This document shows positions 21,903 to 35,349 of a stretch of DNA of 64,000 nt, in pieces. Every line of letters begins with the position of its first letter. The stretch's first letter is position 1. The notes beneath the pieces are model-generated. The model saw nothing but the letters and a program-made list of their open reading frames with translations. It was not told the origin of the DNA and ran no database searches. A program made the position numbers and the translations under genes. The stretch comes from Moniliella sp. 'wahieum' (lineage: Eukaryota): the NCBI GenBank assembly GCA_003971905.1, contig RSEE01000011.1:496001-560000 (forward strand), given 5' to 3'.

Positions 21903-23704
21903 ATGCTCAGGCCAGCCCCCATTCTGCCGCATCCACAGACACACAGCCTCTCCCCTCCTCCCTCGGGCCAGTCCCCCACCATCCGCCGGCCACCGCGCCC
22001 TGCCCCGTCCCCACGCGGGAGAAGGACCCCCCACCGCCCGTCTACCGACGCGACGCCCGCCCGCCTGGTCCGCACGACGCGCTCAGCTCATCTTCCTCGT
22101 CGTTGGTGCGCTCGGTCGTCGACCGTGGTCGCCCACCGCCTCGGGAGGGCTCTTTGGTCTCTTCCCCCGGCCGCCACTGCAATGCCTTGGCCCAGCCCAT
22201 CCCCTCACTTTCCGCACGCTTCCGCCACCATCCCACACGGAATACACCCCCCCGCCCTGGAGCTGGACGTGGAGTCTACACATCACTCAAGCTGCTTCTA
22301 CTCTGCGCCAACTGGCCTTGATGATGGCCATGGCCCCACCACAAACACGGTCACAGCCTCGAACACGCAACCGAACATGGCCATGACATGACCATGACCA
22401 TGGCCATGACCACCACCATCATTCAGGTCTGGCGGATTGATGCACCACCACACCATGCACCCTCGGATGCAGAGGCAGATCAGCTTCTGGGTGCCCTCAA
22501 GGGGAGCCAAGATCGAGGATCGCGGATTACGTTACTGGGCCTGCTTTCGAATGTGTGTGCGGCCAAGGGGGTGGCAGGTTGTATCTGCACTCGGCTGCGT
22601 TGGGCCGATCAGGTCACTCGATGAGCGATATGTTTGCCGATGTGGCCACGCTGTTTTTCTGGAAACTATCGCAACGGCCCCCGAACGAGATGTACCGCAC
22701 GGGTATGGCAAGTACGAAACGTTGGATCGCTGGGCGTGTCCCTTTCGCTCGTCGCTGGCGCAGTAGGCATTGGGGCAACAGTTACACCCTCTTGCTCGAT
22801 GCCTTGCCCCCATTGAGCATGCGCCAGCGGCATTGCAGGCCCTTGGTTCCTTCACTGGCGACCTGGCTCAATCGCAGCGCACGACCATGCGCACGGGCAC
22901 GAGCCGGAGTGCTCGATCCACGTGCTATCTGGTTTGCCCTGGCCAGCATTGGTGTGAAAGAGTGGTTGTACTATGCGACGCTCAAGGTGGCCAAGGAGGA
23001 GAACTCGAATGTGCTCGAGGCCAATGCGATGCACCATCGCTCCGACTCGCTTTCCAGCGGCATCACGGCGCTTGCTATCTTTGGATATGGGCCGGGTTCC
23101 GTCCTGGATCCGCTCGGGGGGCTGCTGGTGGCCGGGTTGATTGGCAAGCAAGGGTTTGACCTGTTCCTGGTTTCGATGGCCGAGTTGTCGGACCGCAGCG
23201 TACCCCAACCGGTGCTGAGCTCGCGAAGGGCCGTGCGCGGGTGGGCGCGGCAGCCCGAGAACGCGTCGTGGTCAAGGATGGCACGATTTGCGTGCGACCA
23301 GGAGCGGTGTCGACGTTTGTGGATCTGCGTCTGCAGTTGGCGGGTTGAAATTTGCTTGCAGCGCGCGGTGGGAGGTGCAGAGCGCAGTGCAGCAGGCCTG
23401 CATCGATTCGGTCAAGGGCGTCAAGGAGGTCCGCGTGTTGCTCGAACCGAGTGATCACCAGGCTCGTACCGGAACTGGGCGAGCCGCAACGCATCCGCAC
23501 CCTGCTTCTTCCGTCCCCTTGTCGTCCGCACGCCATTGCCATTGCCATCGTCTTCGGCTTTGCCTTCGTCGTCGCGGGCCCCCCCCCCGCCCTGTCCCCA
23601 GACCACCCACCTACGTCCTCCTCGAGCATGCCTCGGTCGCAGCAGGACGGCCATGCGTAAAATTGCCGTGCACGTTACAATGGGAGTGTGCTGACATAGC
23701 GTGA
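21903..23704 (+). CDS. MMT2: Mitochondrial cation diffusion facilitator (Mmt1/Mmt2-like), frameshifted
   Basis: His-rich stretch near 22377-22425, DRGSRITLLGLLSN, GHSMSDMFAD, PHGYGKYETL, KEWLY, LEANAMHHRSD, LDPLGGLLV; 3' end uncertain. Confidence 0.85.
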
Positions 23705-24063
23705 CGCGTGACGAGGTGTCTGCTGGCAGAAAGAGCAGGAGGCATGCCTGGCTGCCTTCTTGCCTCCTCCGAGCGTAGATCAGATGCAAGAACAGATTGC
23801 AGCTCAATCTGAACTCTGAAATGTGAAGCTGGATGCCATGCCCAGCCACGTGCTTCCATCCGGTGGACGTACGTGTCCAGTAGCCATGGACCATCAACCA
23901 ATGCTGTGGCGTGATGCATGATGATGATAAGGCTGGCGGGCGGCCGCAGACGTTGTGCTGGGCAGAAGGCAGCGCCCCGCAGCCCCCGTCCAAGCCAGGC
24001 CAGCACTCGTCTGATTCGGAGCGCGTGGTGCCTATCCCTCCACCACCAACTGCCTCCATCCTC

Positions 24064-25134
24064 ATGAGCTACGGCGGCTACGGTGCTCCTCAGGGCTACG
24101 GCGGCTATGGCGGTGCGCCGCAACAGGCTACGGCGCCCGCAGCAGCAGGGCTATGGCGCTCCGCAACAGCAGGGCTATGGCGCCCGCAGCAGCAGGGCTA
24201 TGGCGCTCCGCAACAGCAGGGCTATGGCGCTCCGCAACAGCAGGGCTATGGCGCTCCCCCGCCCACTCAAGCCTATGGTGCTCCTTCGCAAACTCAAGGT
24301 TATGGAGCCCCTTCGGGCTATGGTGGTAAGTTCAACTTGTACACGCTCCGCGCGAACGAGTGCGGTATGTTCGGCCCTAACCCCTCTTTCCGCCTCCAGC
24401 TGGTCGGCCGCAGGTGTTAATGCGCAATCCGGCCCTCCTCCCGGCGCCGACCCTAAGCTCTGGTATGTCTCTGTCGACTTCCTTCTCTTGTACCACCCAG
24501 CTAACTTGTCGCAGGGGCTGGTTTTCTGCAGTCGACCGAGACCACAGTGGGACGATTGGTGCGACGGAGCTGCAGCAGGCGCTTGTCAATGGTGACTGGA
24601 GCCCGTTTGACTTGGACACGGTCAAGCTTCTTCTGACGATGCACGATGCGGATCGGTCGGGGGTGCTGTCGTTCCAAGAGTTTGTCAGCCTTTTCCAGTA
24701 TGTGCCCTCTCCTTCTCGCCTCGTTCGACGCTGGCTAACCACGACTCGGACGCAGGTATATCGAACAGTGGCAAGCTATCTTCCGCCAGTCGGACCGCGA
24801 TGGCAGTGGGGCTATTGACCAAGCCGAGCTGGGTAATGCGTTGAACAAATTTGGTTTCTTCCTCTCGCCGCAGCTGCTGCACTTGGTTGTAGCCAAGTAC
24901 GCGAAGAATGGACCTGCTGGCGCCTCGGCCCAGCAGGGCATCACTTTTGATCATTTTGTTCGCACGTGCGTCGCCATCCGCTCCCTTACCCAGGGCTTCC
25001 AGAAGTATGATCCTGAGCGGCGCGGGTCTGCAACGCTGTCGTACCAACAGTTCCTTGAATTGGGTGCGTCTTTCTGTCCCCCTTCCTGACTTTTGCTAAC
25101 TCGACTGGTTGGGACAGCGCTTTCGGCTCCCTAA
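24064..25134 (+). CDS. PEF1: Penta-EF-hand protein (peflin/Pef1), several introns
   Basis: N-terminal YGAPQQQG 24-bp repeats; PPPGADPKLW; WFSAVDRDHSGTIGATELQQALVNGDWSPFDLDTVKLL; DADRSG; DRDGSG; ITFDHFVRTCV. Confidence 0.92.
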
Positions 25135-25256
25135 GACATAGCGTCATACCTTTTTTTCTCCGCCCCTGGCCGGGCAAAGGTAGTGAATGTAAATGCACGC
25201 TCTGCCCCCTTCTAATCTGAGAAATTACAAGGAAAAGTTGTGCTGTAGATTGCCCT

Positions 25257-25780
25257 TTACGCTCCCAGTTTCTGGTCCAACCCCTCTTTCGTCAGCAGCG
25301 CTCGGCGTCTTCTTCCCCACGTACATCCACCACCTTGTGAACGTCGGACGTAGTCGCAAACTGGGACAAGGCCGATGCGTACAGCGTCGACAGCGCCACA
25401 GGTGACGTGGTCGGTTGCCAGTTGATCAGCACCAGAGGCTGCTTGGCGTCAGCTATGCGTCATGACCAAGGAAATAGGACATACAAAAGATACACGCCCG
25501 TCCTTGTGGTTGAGTTTGTAAGAGTACACAACGAAGCGCGGCGAGTTCTTGGATGCGGTCAGTGTCGGCAGGTAGTGCGCCCAAAACGGAAAACGTACCT
25601 CGGGTAGCTCCTCCGCGAGCTCGTCCGGCGTAACACCATCCAGTGTGTCCTCAATGTCGAGCGTGAGGGTCTTCTTGTCGATCTTGAGCACCACAGCGGT
25701 ATCGCCAGCATGGCTTTGCGGTAGCGGAACTTCTTGAGCTCAGCCTTGACTGACTCGGGGATGTCGACGGTGGTGGACAT
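25257..25780 (-). CDS. AIM7: Glia maturation factor (ADF-H family, Aim7)
   Basis: MSTTVDIPESVKAELKKFR, VLKIDKKTL, ELAEELPE/NSPRFVVYSYKLNHKDGRVSF, DVHKVVDVR; introns. Confidence 0.88.
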
Positions 25781-26001
25781 GGTGGTGGGCCGGGAGGAGC
25801 GAGGGAGCGCGATAAAGCCCATCCACCACCTCCCATATGGCCCCAGCAACGACGCCCGCATCCAGCGCCGCTGACATAATGCGCAACCGCCTGTCTGACC
25901 AGCACCGCCAGCTGTGGGACACTGGACAACTTCCCAGCGGAGGTGCACACGCCCATCCGCCGTTTCCACCGCCGCCCCTCTCCTTCGCCCACATACCCGC
26001 C

Positions 26002-29000
26002 ATGTTCGTGGTAGCCGAGTGTTCGAGTCCCAGGCAGCACACTCGTCCGCTGTCGTGCTCGACTTCCTGCCCGGCCGCCCCGCCGTCCTGGCCGTGGCCA
26101 AAAAAGACCAGATCGATCTGCTGGCGCTGCCCGATGCTCTGTCCCCCCGCCCCACTCCCGCCGACCCTGCTCCTGCGCTTCTCTCCCTCGTCACGACAAT
26201 CCCCGTCGTTGGTTCCATAATCTCCTTCCGTCCGGTCTTGGGCCCCGGCATGGCCAGCTGCGCTCTGCTTCTCCTCGTCGACCCAGGGGAGGAGCATCTA
26301 TTGGTCGTGACAGCCGAGCGGGCGGAAGTGCCGACTGGCTACCGGTTCAACGTCCAATCCAATGTCGACCTCAGCTTGGCCTCGTCAGTGCCTGCGCAAT
26401 CGGCGGTGGGCATGTGGATCGACAGGAACCTTGGTTCCCTGCGTGGGGGAATACCAGCCATGACCATGCCCACGTGGCCGTCTACACCCGGTCGCGCATC
26501 TTGCGTTTCCTGCCACTCAACTGGGATCCGACCGATTGCTGGGACCCGAGGGCAAAGTCGAGTTCGCCTTTCCCCATGCGGATGTGATCTCCATTACTCC
26601 GCTCTACCGCTCTTCTCTGGAGGAACCGGCGATGTACGCGGTGCTTGGCATTTCCTCTCGCATTGACGACAATCCCATTGGCACTGGACCACAAGGCCTG
26701 CCTGTCCTCTTCTTCATCACTCTTCGTCCTGAGGAAGGCAAATCCAAAAAAGACGTGAGCGCCATTGTTGTTCCTGAACGCTGGGGTGGCTCGCTCGAGG
26801 AGTCCCCCAACATGTCCGGCCCAAAGGAATCACTAATGGCCGGGTTCAAGCCAAAGAATGGGAGCCAGTCCCAGAAGAACAAGGGCAAAGAACCTGCCCC
26901 GCTGGATCCCGAACAAGTGGCTTGGAACGAGGCGCATGTACCTCTGGAACGCTCTGAAGCGCTGACCGCCCACTTGGTCCTATCCCTGCCACTTGAAATG
27001 GGCGGCGGAGTTGCAGTATTTACGGAATCGGCCGTGTTGTACGTCTCGCCTCCCGAGGGACATTCCTCTTCTCCTGCACGCGAGAAGCGGAAACGGGGTG
27101 GGAAAGGGAAAGATCCTAGCGGCCGCGGCCACAAAAGCCAACAGTGATCAAGGCAGCCCTCAGCTCTCCAGTGCAGGTCGTTGCTGCCACTCCGCTTGAT
27201 CTGGGGAGTGCTCCAGGGCACGTTGTCTTCTCCAGTCGTGCAGGGGACCTTTATATTATTCGCCTTCATATGGACGGGCCAAGTACGTTCGATGGACGTC
27301 TCGTGGGCAGGAAGTGGGAGCAAACCCGCTGGTCCCGATGGCCTTACGCATTTGGGAGAGGTTTGTCCACATCGCTTCTGTATCGGGAGATGTGATGGTG
27401 GTGCAGCTTGCGATTGCACCCCTTACACCTACACCTGCAACAAAGGGGAAGCAAAAGGCTGGCACTTCCTCGAGAAGTATACGTGCACAGTAGTGCAGCG
27501 CTGGCCCCAGATTGGTCCGGTGATAGATATGACCGTGGCGGGGTCACGAGAAGAGCCCACGGGCAAAAGTGGCCGAGCCTATAGGAAGGGATTTGACATC
27601 GAGCGGATCATCACCGCTTCCGGTACGAATCGTCCGGGTCCATTCGTACCATCCGGCGTGGCCTTTCGGTCCTCCCTATTTACCGAGTGGACTTTACCGA
27701 CCAACCGAGTAGGCAGCAGTGGCTCTTGCACCAATCAAAGCCGGAGAGATTCTCGTGCGCAACACTCAAGGGATTGCCACTGGTTCCTCCTTGGCACGGG
27801 TGGGGCGCGCAACGTGACCCCGTTCATGGGACCTTTGGGGGCCGATCCCTTCCTCACGGTGCTCAGCTGCAGTCAAACTCGCGTCCTAATCACCCCGATC
27901 AGCAATTGGCCATGCTCGTGACTCGGAAGCTGGTCTGCGTGGTGGACGTGGACAGCATTTCAACGGAGGAAGCAGCGGTGCTCCAGAGTTACATGCCCTT
28001 TGGATCGCAGCGTACGTCTCGGTCGCCACTGTCAGTGAAGAGGGCGGATCGTGTTGGCCTCAAGCGGAGCCGATTCCCGGTATCAGTCCCAGTGCAGACT
28101 CTGAAATGGACTTGGCAAGAGGGATTTGTCCCAGTGGCCTCCCTCACATCTGCTCCCGTCAGTGCCCTCGCTCTCTCTCCTCCAGGTCAAGAGGAAGGCT
28201 GGTGGTCATCGGCACATGGGCTGAGACGGAACAAGTAAAGATCATCAACTTTGGGCGAAGACAGGACGCCACCCCACCCACCCCACGTTCGTGACTTTTT
28301 CCTCGCTCCGCCTTCACGTGTCCACATAGTTATGGGGATGACGATTGCCCGCTAGATTGTACACCTATGCGGCCAATGAGCCTGCTGCTACACCAGTTTC
28401 AGGACGGCAAAGGTCTTGTTCTCCTCACGGCCGGGCCGGATGGGATGGTGCACTACGCCCCGCTGCACCTGGCCTTCCCTGCTTGGAGGAAGCGAGTGCG
28501 TACTGGACGTCAGTCCCAATCGGAAAGCGTGAGGTCCACCTGAGCTCACTCCTTCTTCCGGGCGGGAGAAGTGGAGTGTTATTGGTCAAACCGACCTATC
28601 GCCGCATATGCTCACCTGGCCTCGCCACCCTCCCACGGTAAACGACCAAGGCTGGACGGGTGTGCCGGCACTCAATGTCCACGCGGTCGATTCCGAAGCC
28701 GAATATGCTACGATGGTGTCCAACGAGGTTGATCCAGTGGCAGCGATCTTTACCATGGACTGTTGTGTCTTTATCGGTGGGGTAATGTAGAGCCATGGAG
28801 TGTGCACACGTTGCCATTGGGCGACAATCAACCAGTGTGTCTCCAATACACCGACGAGGGGCTGGCTGTCGGTACTTGGCCTTCCTCCGTTTGGCTCACG
28901 ATCCGGAAACCCACCGATCGAGGGCGACCCAGCCTCATCCACAACGGATCGTACAAACCGTTCAAACCCGTCCAACGGGAGGACCTCATGGCAGCTTGCT

Positions 29001-30564
29001 TTGTTCCAGCCCAACCGGTATGGTGACATTACGACCCCTCGACGGTGATTCCTTTGGCACCGTGGGAGCGGCCCAATGCCCTTTTGCGCTTCAAAGGCCT
29101 AAAGGGTGAACGGTATCTGGTGGTGGGTACTGGCTTATGCGCCCCCACCAAACCGAAGTGACTGAGGGCCGGCTCACTTCTTTTACCTTCGACGGCCCTC
29201 TTGGCGGAATGCCTCTGTGTTCAGTCATGCAGCGAGGGAAACGTGTTTGCCCTGAGTGGGAACAAACCTGTTGGTCGCGCACAACGGCGCTGTTTCCTCG
29301 ATCCTGGTGCATAGTGGAACAAGACCGTCGTGCGGGGGAAATGGCACTCGTCTTATCTGGCCACCAGCCTCTCACCATTTACACCAACAGTCGGTCCAAA
29401 TGTCCGGACATATCCGACGAAGACATCCATTCCATTCGTGTCCTAGCGGCCAAGCAGCGGTTACCAACGTATTCTTGCGGGCGGATGCCATACGGAAGAT
29501 ATGTACTCTTTTGGGGAGGGGTCGGACGACTCGGAGGTCGACGAGGACGAAATGTTTTCGCAAAGGTCGCACGGAAGCTGCGGTTATGACCCGATATCGA
29601 GAGAATGACGCGGACACAATGCTCTGTTGGTCGGGGACGCAATGCGGTCGTTGACGGTGCTGCGGGTAGAGTCAGGAGGTTCTGCGCCAAGAAGCTACCG
29701 ATTCCAGCCCGTATGGACCAATGCGGTGGGCCACGCCGACTTTTACGCAGACGTACGTTTCCTCGGATGCGAGGGAAATCTGCTGCTCTCGCACCGCCCC
29801 GTAAAAGCCAAGTTGAGGAGATCCCCTTGTGCCGCCGAAAAAGGCCATATAGCCTCGATTGCTGGCAGTACGCGGGCAGCGTGCGTTGGAGGAAACATGG
29901 TGTTCGACTCGACGGTGCAGCACATCTCCGATTTAACTACGGCGACGTGGTCAACACCTTTTCCCGAGGTACGTGTTTTGGTAACCTCAGAGGACCCACT
30001 TAACGGAGGGCTGACTTGTGCGTGCTACATAGACCTTCCTCTCTCCTTCATCTCCAAGTATCTTACCGCGTCCCGCCCAGTTTGCGCTGGGTGACATGGA
30101 CTTGGATGAGATGCAAGTTGACACTTTGACGGGGACCCTTCCCGCCTTCAGATTGAGCTGCAACGTACCATGCCATGCGCAAACAAGTGCGCGAGTTCGG
30201 TCCTCGATCGCTTGTCCCGCTGGAGTGGATGGAAACCAAAACCCTTGAGCCTGTTTCCACCGCTGGCGGGGCGCTGGGCCTGATGCAAAGTGGATGGCGA
30301 AGGGACGGTGCTGCTGCGCGCATTGGAATATGCGCTGGCCCAGATGCCGCACATCGGCAACAAGACGTATGCCCAGTGGCGCTACCCGAACCCGAGTCCT
30401 ACGGGCGTGCTAGACTACAACTTGCTGAAGCGTTCCTGTCCCTGCCAGAGGCCGATCAAACGCTTGCTGCGCGGTGAGTTGGGGCAAAATGGCAGCGAGG
30501 ATTGGCGATCGATCAAGGTGCCCCGAACGTATTGGCATCGCTGGTTCGTTCACTTGCTCCCTAG
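26002..30564 (+). CDS. DDB1: DDB1-like triple beta-propeller protein (DDB1/CPSF-A family), heavily frameshifted
   Basis: QIGPVIDMTV, RIITASG, LLVAHNGAVS, VGDAMRSLTVL, FNYGDVVNTFSRG, C-terminal GVLDYNLLKR; length about 4.5 kb. Confidence 0.7.
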
Positions 30565-30782
30565 AGCTTCCCGCTTTGCGCTTTCACTGGCGACGAACAC
30601 GGCTGCTGGCCCGTTTTGGTAGAACACCATATTCCCAATGTATCTCCGGGTGAGGTCGGGCATGTTCCATGTTGGCTGGGTGTGTGTGGTTTGTCCCACA
30701 GCGTATATATATATTTCGTTCGACAGTACGTTCTGCGAGGCTACAGGGTGAAGAGATCCATCAACACCGTGTAAGCTATTTC

Positions 30783-32081
30783 CTAGACCGATCTATTCGT
30801 ACACCACTTGTCCTTCGGCTGGCTCAGCGGCGGGGGAGGTGCGGCACTCCGCCCCTCCCATTGGTTCAACTGAGCAGAGAGGAGGTTTAGACGTTGATCC
30901 AGGCCGGCTAACTCATCCATCTTGCTCAACAAATCCGTTACCTCCTTGTTCACATCCGCAAGGGGACGAGCGGGTTGCCTGCTGCGCTTTGGCCAGTCGG
31001 TCCGCTTCAGACTTTACCCCGGCCAGGCGCGGGGCAAAGGTGGCTGCGGTCGTGAAGGGCAGCCAAGGCACGCATGCGTGTCAACAGCGGTGCTGCAATG
31101 GGCAGGATGGGCTCAAGGGCACTCTGAACACGCCAGAGGCGCGAAACCTGGGCGGCTGCCGTTGCCGCGTCTGGACCCTCGGCAAGAGGCTTAGCCGAAC
31201 CGTCGGTCGCCTGCACGCTGTGGGCCAGATTACCGCGTGGGACACCCGTGGCCATTGCGCTGCCTACAGGGGCGGGGCCGAGCGACCCGGCCAAAGGGGC
31301 AGTGCGACGGCTAGCCTCATGCACACGGTCCAATTCGGTGCTGAGAACTTTGATCCGGCGCACCACTGCATCGCTGTGCTTGGGCTGCGACAGGAGCGTG
31401 AGCCAGTGCTCAATTTTGTCGAGCGTGGGAGCTAGTCCTTCGCCCACGGACAGAGCCAGACCAAAGCCCTCGACTGATATGTTCCCGGGGGTGCTGCCCA
31501 CAGCGCGCTCGAGCTGAGTGAGTTGAGCCTCTATTTGACTTGCCTCCACCGTTTGGGCGGGTTGCACGGGCAGGTGGCTGGACAGCAGGAGCAGGCGCGG
31601 GGGCATGGGCGACCGAGTTGAGCAGCTGTTGGGTGCGCTGTTTCCAAAGTTGCTGCTTCCCAACAGGGAGTTCGGATGGCCGAGGCAACTGGTGCGAGGC
31701 AGATTTCCCTTCCGCTCGGGCAAGAGCCCGGTATAGCGCCTCGATCTCCTTTCGTCTTCGTCCCCATCGCCGTCGCGGGCGAGAGTGTCAATTTCAGCGC
31801 GTAAGCGGGCAATGCGACGTGACTTGCTGCCCGGGGTGGCACCGTGACAGCGGGCCGCACTCGGACCCGTTCTCGGGTCCGCAGCGTACCACTAAAGTCG
31901 CTTGGGCCCAGCGGGCTTGCCGGAAAGCAGATGCGGCCTGGGCGGGCGAAATATGGAGGACATTGATGTCAGCGGGCAGGGTGGGTTCGTGGAGAGGCGG
32001 CTCAGGGGCCGACGGCACATCCTCCGTCTCGTACACGTCAGGGGCAGTGTCGATGTCAGGGAGGTTGCTGAACTTGTTCAT
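30783..32081 (-). CDS. DCTN2: Dynactin subunit 2 (dynamitin/p50), frameshifted
   Basis: MNKFSNLPDIDTAPDVYETED; LTQLERAVG; DKIEHWLTLLSQPKH.DAVVRRIKVL; LEPILPIAAPLLTRMRALAALH. Confidence 0.85.
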
Positions 32082-32345
32082 CCTGCTCCTGCGGGCGAGG
32101 CGGCGGCCGAGGCAGATGAGCGGGAAAGGAGAGGCTGGAGGCGGAGCTGCCCGTCTCCCTCCGACCGCCTCCGCGCCCCCATCTGCGACGTCAGCTTTAA
32201 CATTGCAGCAATCAGGGGCAGCGGTAGGGTTGTGTGGCGCGCCTGCTGCTTCCAAGGCTATTATTACTCGCGACCAACCGATTACGAGCCACACTACGCT
32301 TCTATCCTCCCCTTGCTTTGGTGCGAGCATGTCATTTCCCGCGTT

Positions 32346-33738
32346 TTAGAAGCGGAACACCACCCACCCCCTCGTCGCCACCGGCGATGACCTTCCATCC
32401 ATGGCCAGGAGTCGCATACGCACCCACACCCCCTGTGTCGGCGCCCTGGGTCAAGCCATCGTCCCGCCCCACCGCCACGGCCAGCACACCTGCTGTAAAG
32501 CCCAGGTGTGCCGCCAGCTGCTCGCCTGACCGCGCATCCCACGTCTTGACCTGGCCGTCCATGCTGTTGTCGTAAAGGATGGCGTCGCCCCATGCACCGC
32601 AATGGAGGTGATCGAGTCCTCATGAGATACAGTGGTTCGCACCTTGCCCGTAGTCAAATCCCAAATGTGCACTTGGCCATCCGACGCTCCCGTCACCAGC
32701 CCCGAGGGAGGTGTTTGCACCCCTTCTGGCACAAGGCCGAGGTGAATGAATTGGATGGCCTCCACACTCTCTCCGGATGTGGCCTTCGAGCGAGGCAACG
32801 ACCGACACAAAACACCTTCCACATCCGCTCGGGCAAGGCTCACCACCCTCACTTCCCCGGTGGCCGAACCCACCACTACCGTCCCACTGTCGGCGGCGGC
32901 CCGGAGGGAGGTGATACCGCCGGGAAGCTTGAACCGTGGGTCCGTGTCCTGAAGCTTGGCGAGCGCAGATTGCACCTGCGGGTTCCATACAATCAACGAT
33001 CCATCCTCGGATGCGGTCACCAACCGACGACCTAATAGTAAATTATTAGCTTCTTCTCATTATCGCACGAAAGAGAAGGACGTACCATCGGGCAACCAAC
33101 AGCCGCAAGTGACAGCTGCTGTGTGGCCAATAAACGTGCCCATGTGGCCACCGCGCGGGACGTTCCACATCCATACTGTCGAATCGGTCGCGCCCGCGGC
33201 AAGAATTGGGGCAGTGGGATGCCAGGCGATCCAAACCACCTCATCGGGCCCCGTAAAGGAATGAGCAAACGTCCAACGCTCCACCGAGTCGCCTACCTGC
33301 GACCACACTCGCACCTGACCATCCATCCCACCCGTTGCAGCAAATTTTCCATCGGAAGAGAATGCAGCAGCCACCACCGAGTCGGTGTGTCCACTGAGCC
33401 GCACCAGTGGCGTCCCATCAAACGTCGACCAAATCCAGCCCGCATCGTCCTCGCCACCAGAAATGGCAAGAGGAGGCGAGGGGAAGCGAGGGTGAAGCGA
33501 GAGAGTGAACATGGACTTGTCACCATGGCCATGGGCAGCAATGGACGTGTCGGGGAATTCGATTTGCTCCCCGGCCCAGGCGGAGGGCAGCATCGTCATC
33601 GTCGGACATGGGCTCGGCGTCGTCTAGCTCCACCACCTCCTCAACATCCTCTGGCCGGAAAGGAGCAGCATCGTCCACCTCCTCCTGCTCGGAGTGATCC
33701 TGAGCCGCGTTGCCGTGGTTCTCGTACTCTGGCTCCAT
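32346..33738 (-). CDS. SQT1: WD40 ribosome assembly chaperone Sqt1/AAMP, frameshifted
   Basis: Acidic N-terminus; LAISGGEDDAGWIW, LSGHTDSVVAAAFSSDGKFAATGGMDGQVRVW, WIAWHP, GATDSTVWMW, C-terminal AGGDEGV. Confidence 0.88.
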
Positions 33739-34107
33739 CGCAAGCGTTGGCGTACGTGCCGTTCGTTCGTGGTCGAGAGCCAGACAAGAGACCAGTACGA
33801 TTTTTTTTTCGTCTAAAAGCCAGTTGGATGGATAGCGGCGATCGATGATCACCGAACAAATCTAACGATGGCGTCAAAGTTTCATTTCGTCATCAACATC
33901 TGGCCGCGCAACGGAGGTAAACGGACATAGAGGGGTTTGAATTTCTTTTTCCATTTTGATTTCTCGGGGGGTTCCTGCCCTCGCAGAAGATGGACGTACG
34001 ACCGCTCAAAAAATACATTGCGTAGAAGTGCAAGTGACGGACTTAATCAAGCTGTTGGCGACAATCAACCTGTTCCCTCCCCACCATTTCTCCGCGCCGT
34101 TTCCGCG

Positions 34108-34945
34108 ATGGCTGCCCCACCCGCCGCAGCTTGTTCCGCCCTTGCATCGATCTTCATGACGGGGTGGTCAAGCAGATTGTAGGCGGCACCCTGCGCGACG
34201 ACACGGCCTCCAAATCCCTGCAGACCAACCATACATCCACCTTACCGCCAGCCCACTTTGCGCGACTCTATGCCCAGCATGGGCTTGAAGGTGGCCACGT
34301 CATCAAGCTCGGACCCCGCAATGATGCAGCAGCCCAGGAGGCGCTCGCTGCATGGCCTGATCATCTCCAAGTTGGGGGTGGAATCACACTCGAAAACGCA
34401 GCTGGGTGGATAGCCACAAGGACGCGCGCGCCGGTAAGGTCATTGTCACTTCGTACCTCTTCCCCGGCGCAGTGTTTTCCATGGATCGTCTACTGGCACT
34501 GGAACAGGCTGTGGGGCGGGACAAGCTGGTGGTCGACCTGAGCTGCCGTCGTGTGCCAGGCAAAGGGGCAGAGTGGTGCGTGGCGATGAACCGGTGGCAA
34601 GACCTTACCGATCTAGCGATCGAAGGAGAAAGCCTCTCGCGCCTTGCTGAGCACTGCAGCGAGTTCCTTATTCACGCTGCGGATGTTGAAGGGTTGCGTG
34701 GGGGATTGATGAGCAGCTGGTCTCGACTTTGGCGTATGGCTTGTCGAGTACCACCAGAGGCGCCCCGATTTGGCGTGACCTATGCAGGGGGTGCGCGGCA
34801 CGTGGGTGACATGGAGCTCGTTGACCGCCTGTCCAACGGAACAGTCGACTTGACATTTGGTTCTGCGCTCGACATCTTTGGTGGATCCGGGGTGACGTTG
34901 ACCGAGCTGGTTGAATGGAATAGGCAAGCGGGACAAAGGATCTGA
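34108..34945 (+). CDS. HIS6: ProFAR isomerase (HisA), frameshifted
   Basis: FRPCIDLHDGVVKQIVGGTL, GGHVIKLG, LQVGGGI, KVIVTSYLF, LVVDLSCRR, EFLIHAADVEGL, TYAGG, DLTFGSALDIFGG. Confidence 0.95.
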
Positions 34946-35349
34946 AAGGGCCCGAGCAATTATCCCAAAAACTCTTATGGTGGGCAGATACCGGGACCAT
35001 GCCACATTGGTCAGGCTCGCTCAGCCATGGTGACGATGAAGTATGAGACCCCAGCCTAGTATGATGTTCGTCTCGCCAGTAGATTGATGGAGTCGAGCCT
35101 CCAGGGCTTGATGGTCAGTGGACTTGGAAGAATGCCGTTCGCGATATCCCAAAGGAGGAGAGAGGAGCAACTCCAAATATTGAAAGTTGCAACCCTCTCC
35201 TGCTGACCTCAGCGTCAAGCGACCCAGCGTCGGCGTCGTGGAGTTTATCAGGTGGGTACTTCGCCTCGTCGGCCACACCACGCAACAATCGCGCCGCAAA
35301 TCCGGCCAACAACCGCCACCAGCACTTCCACCAACAACTCTTGACTGCC

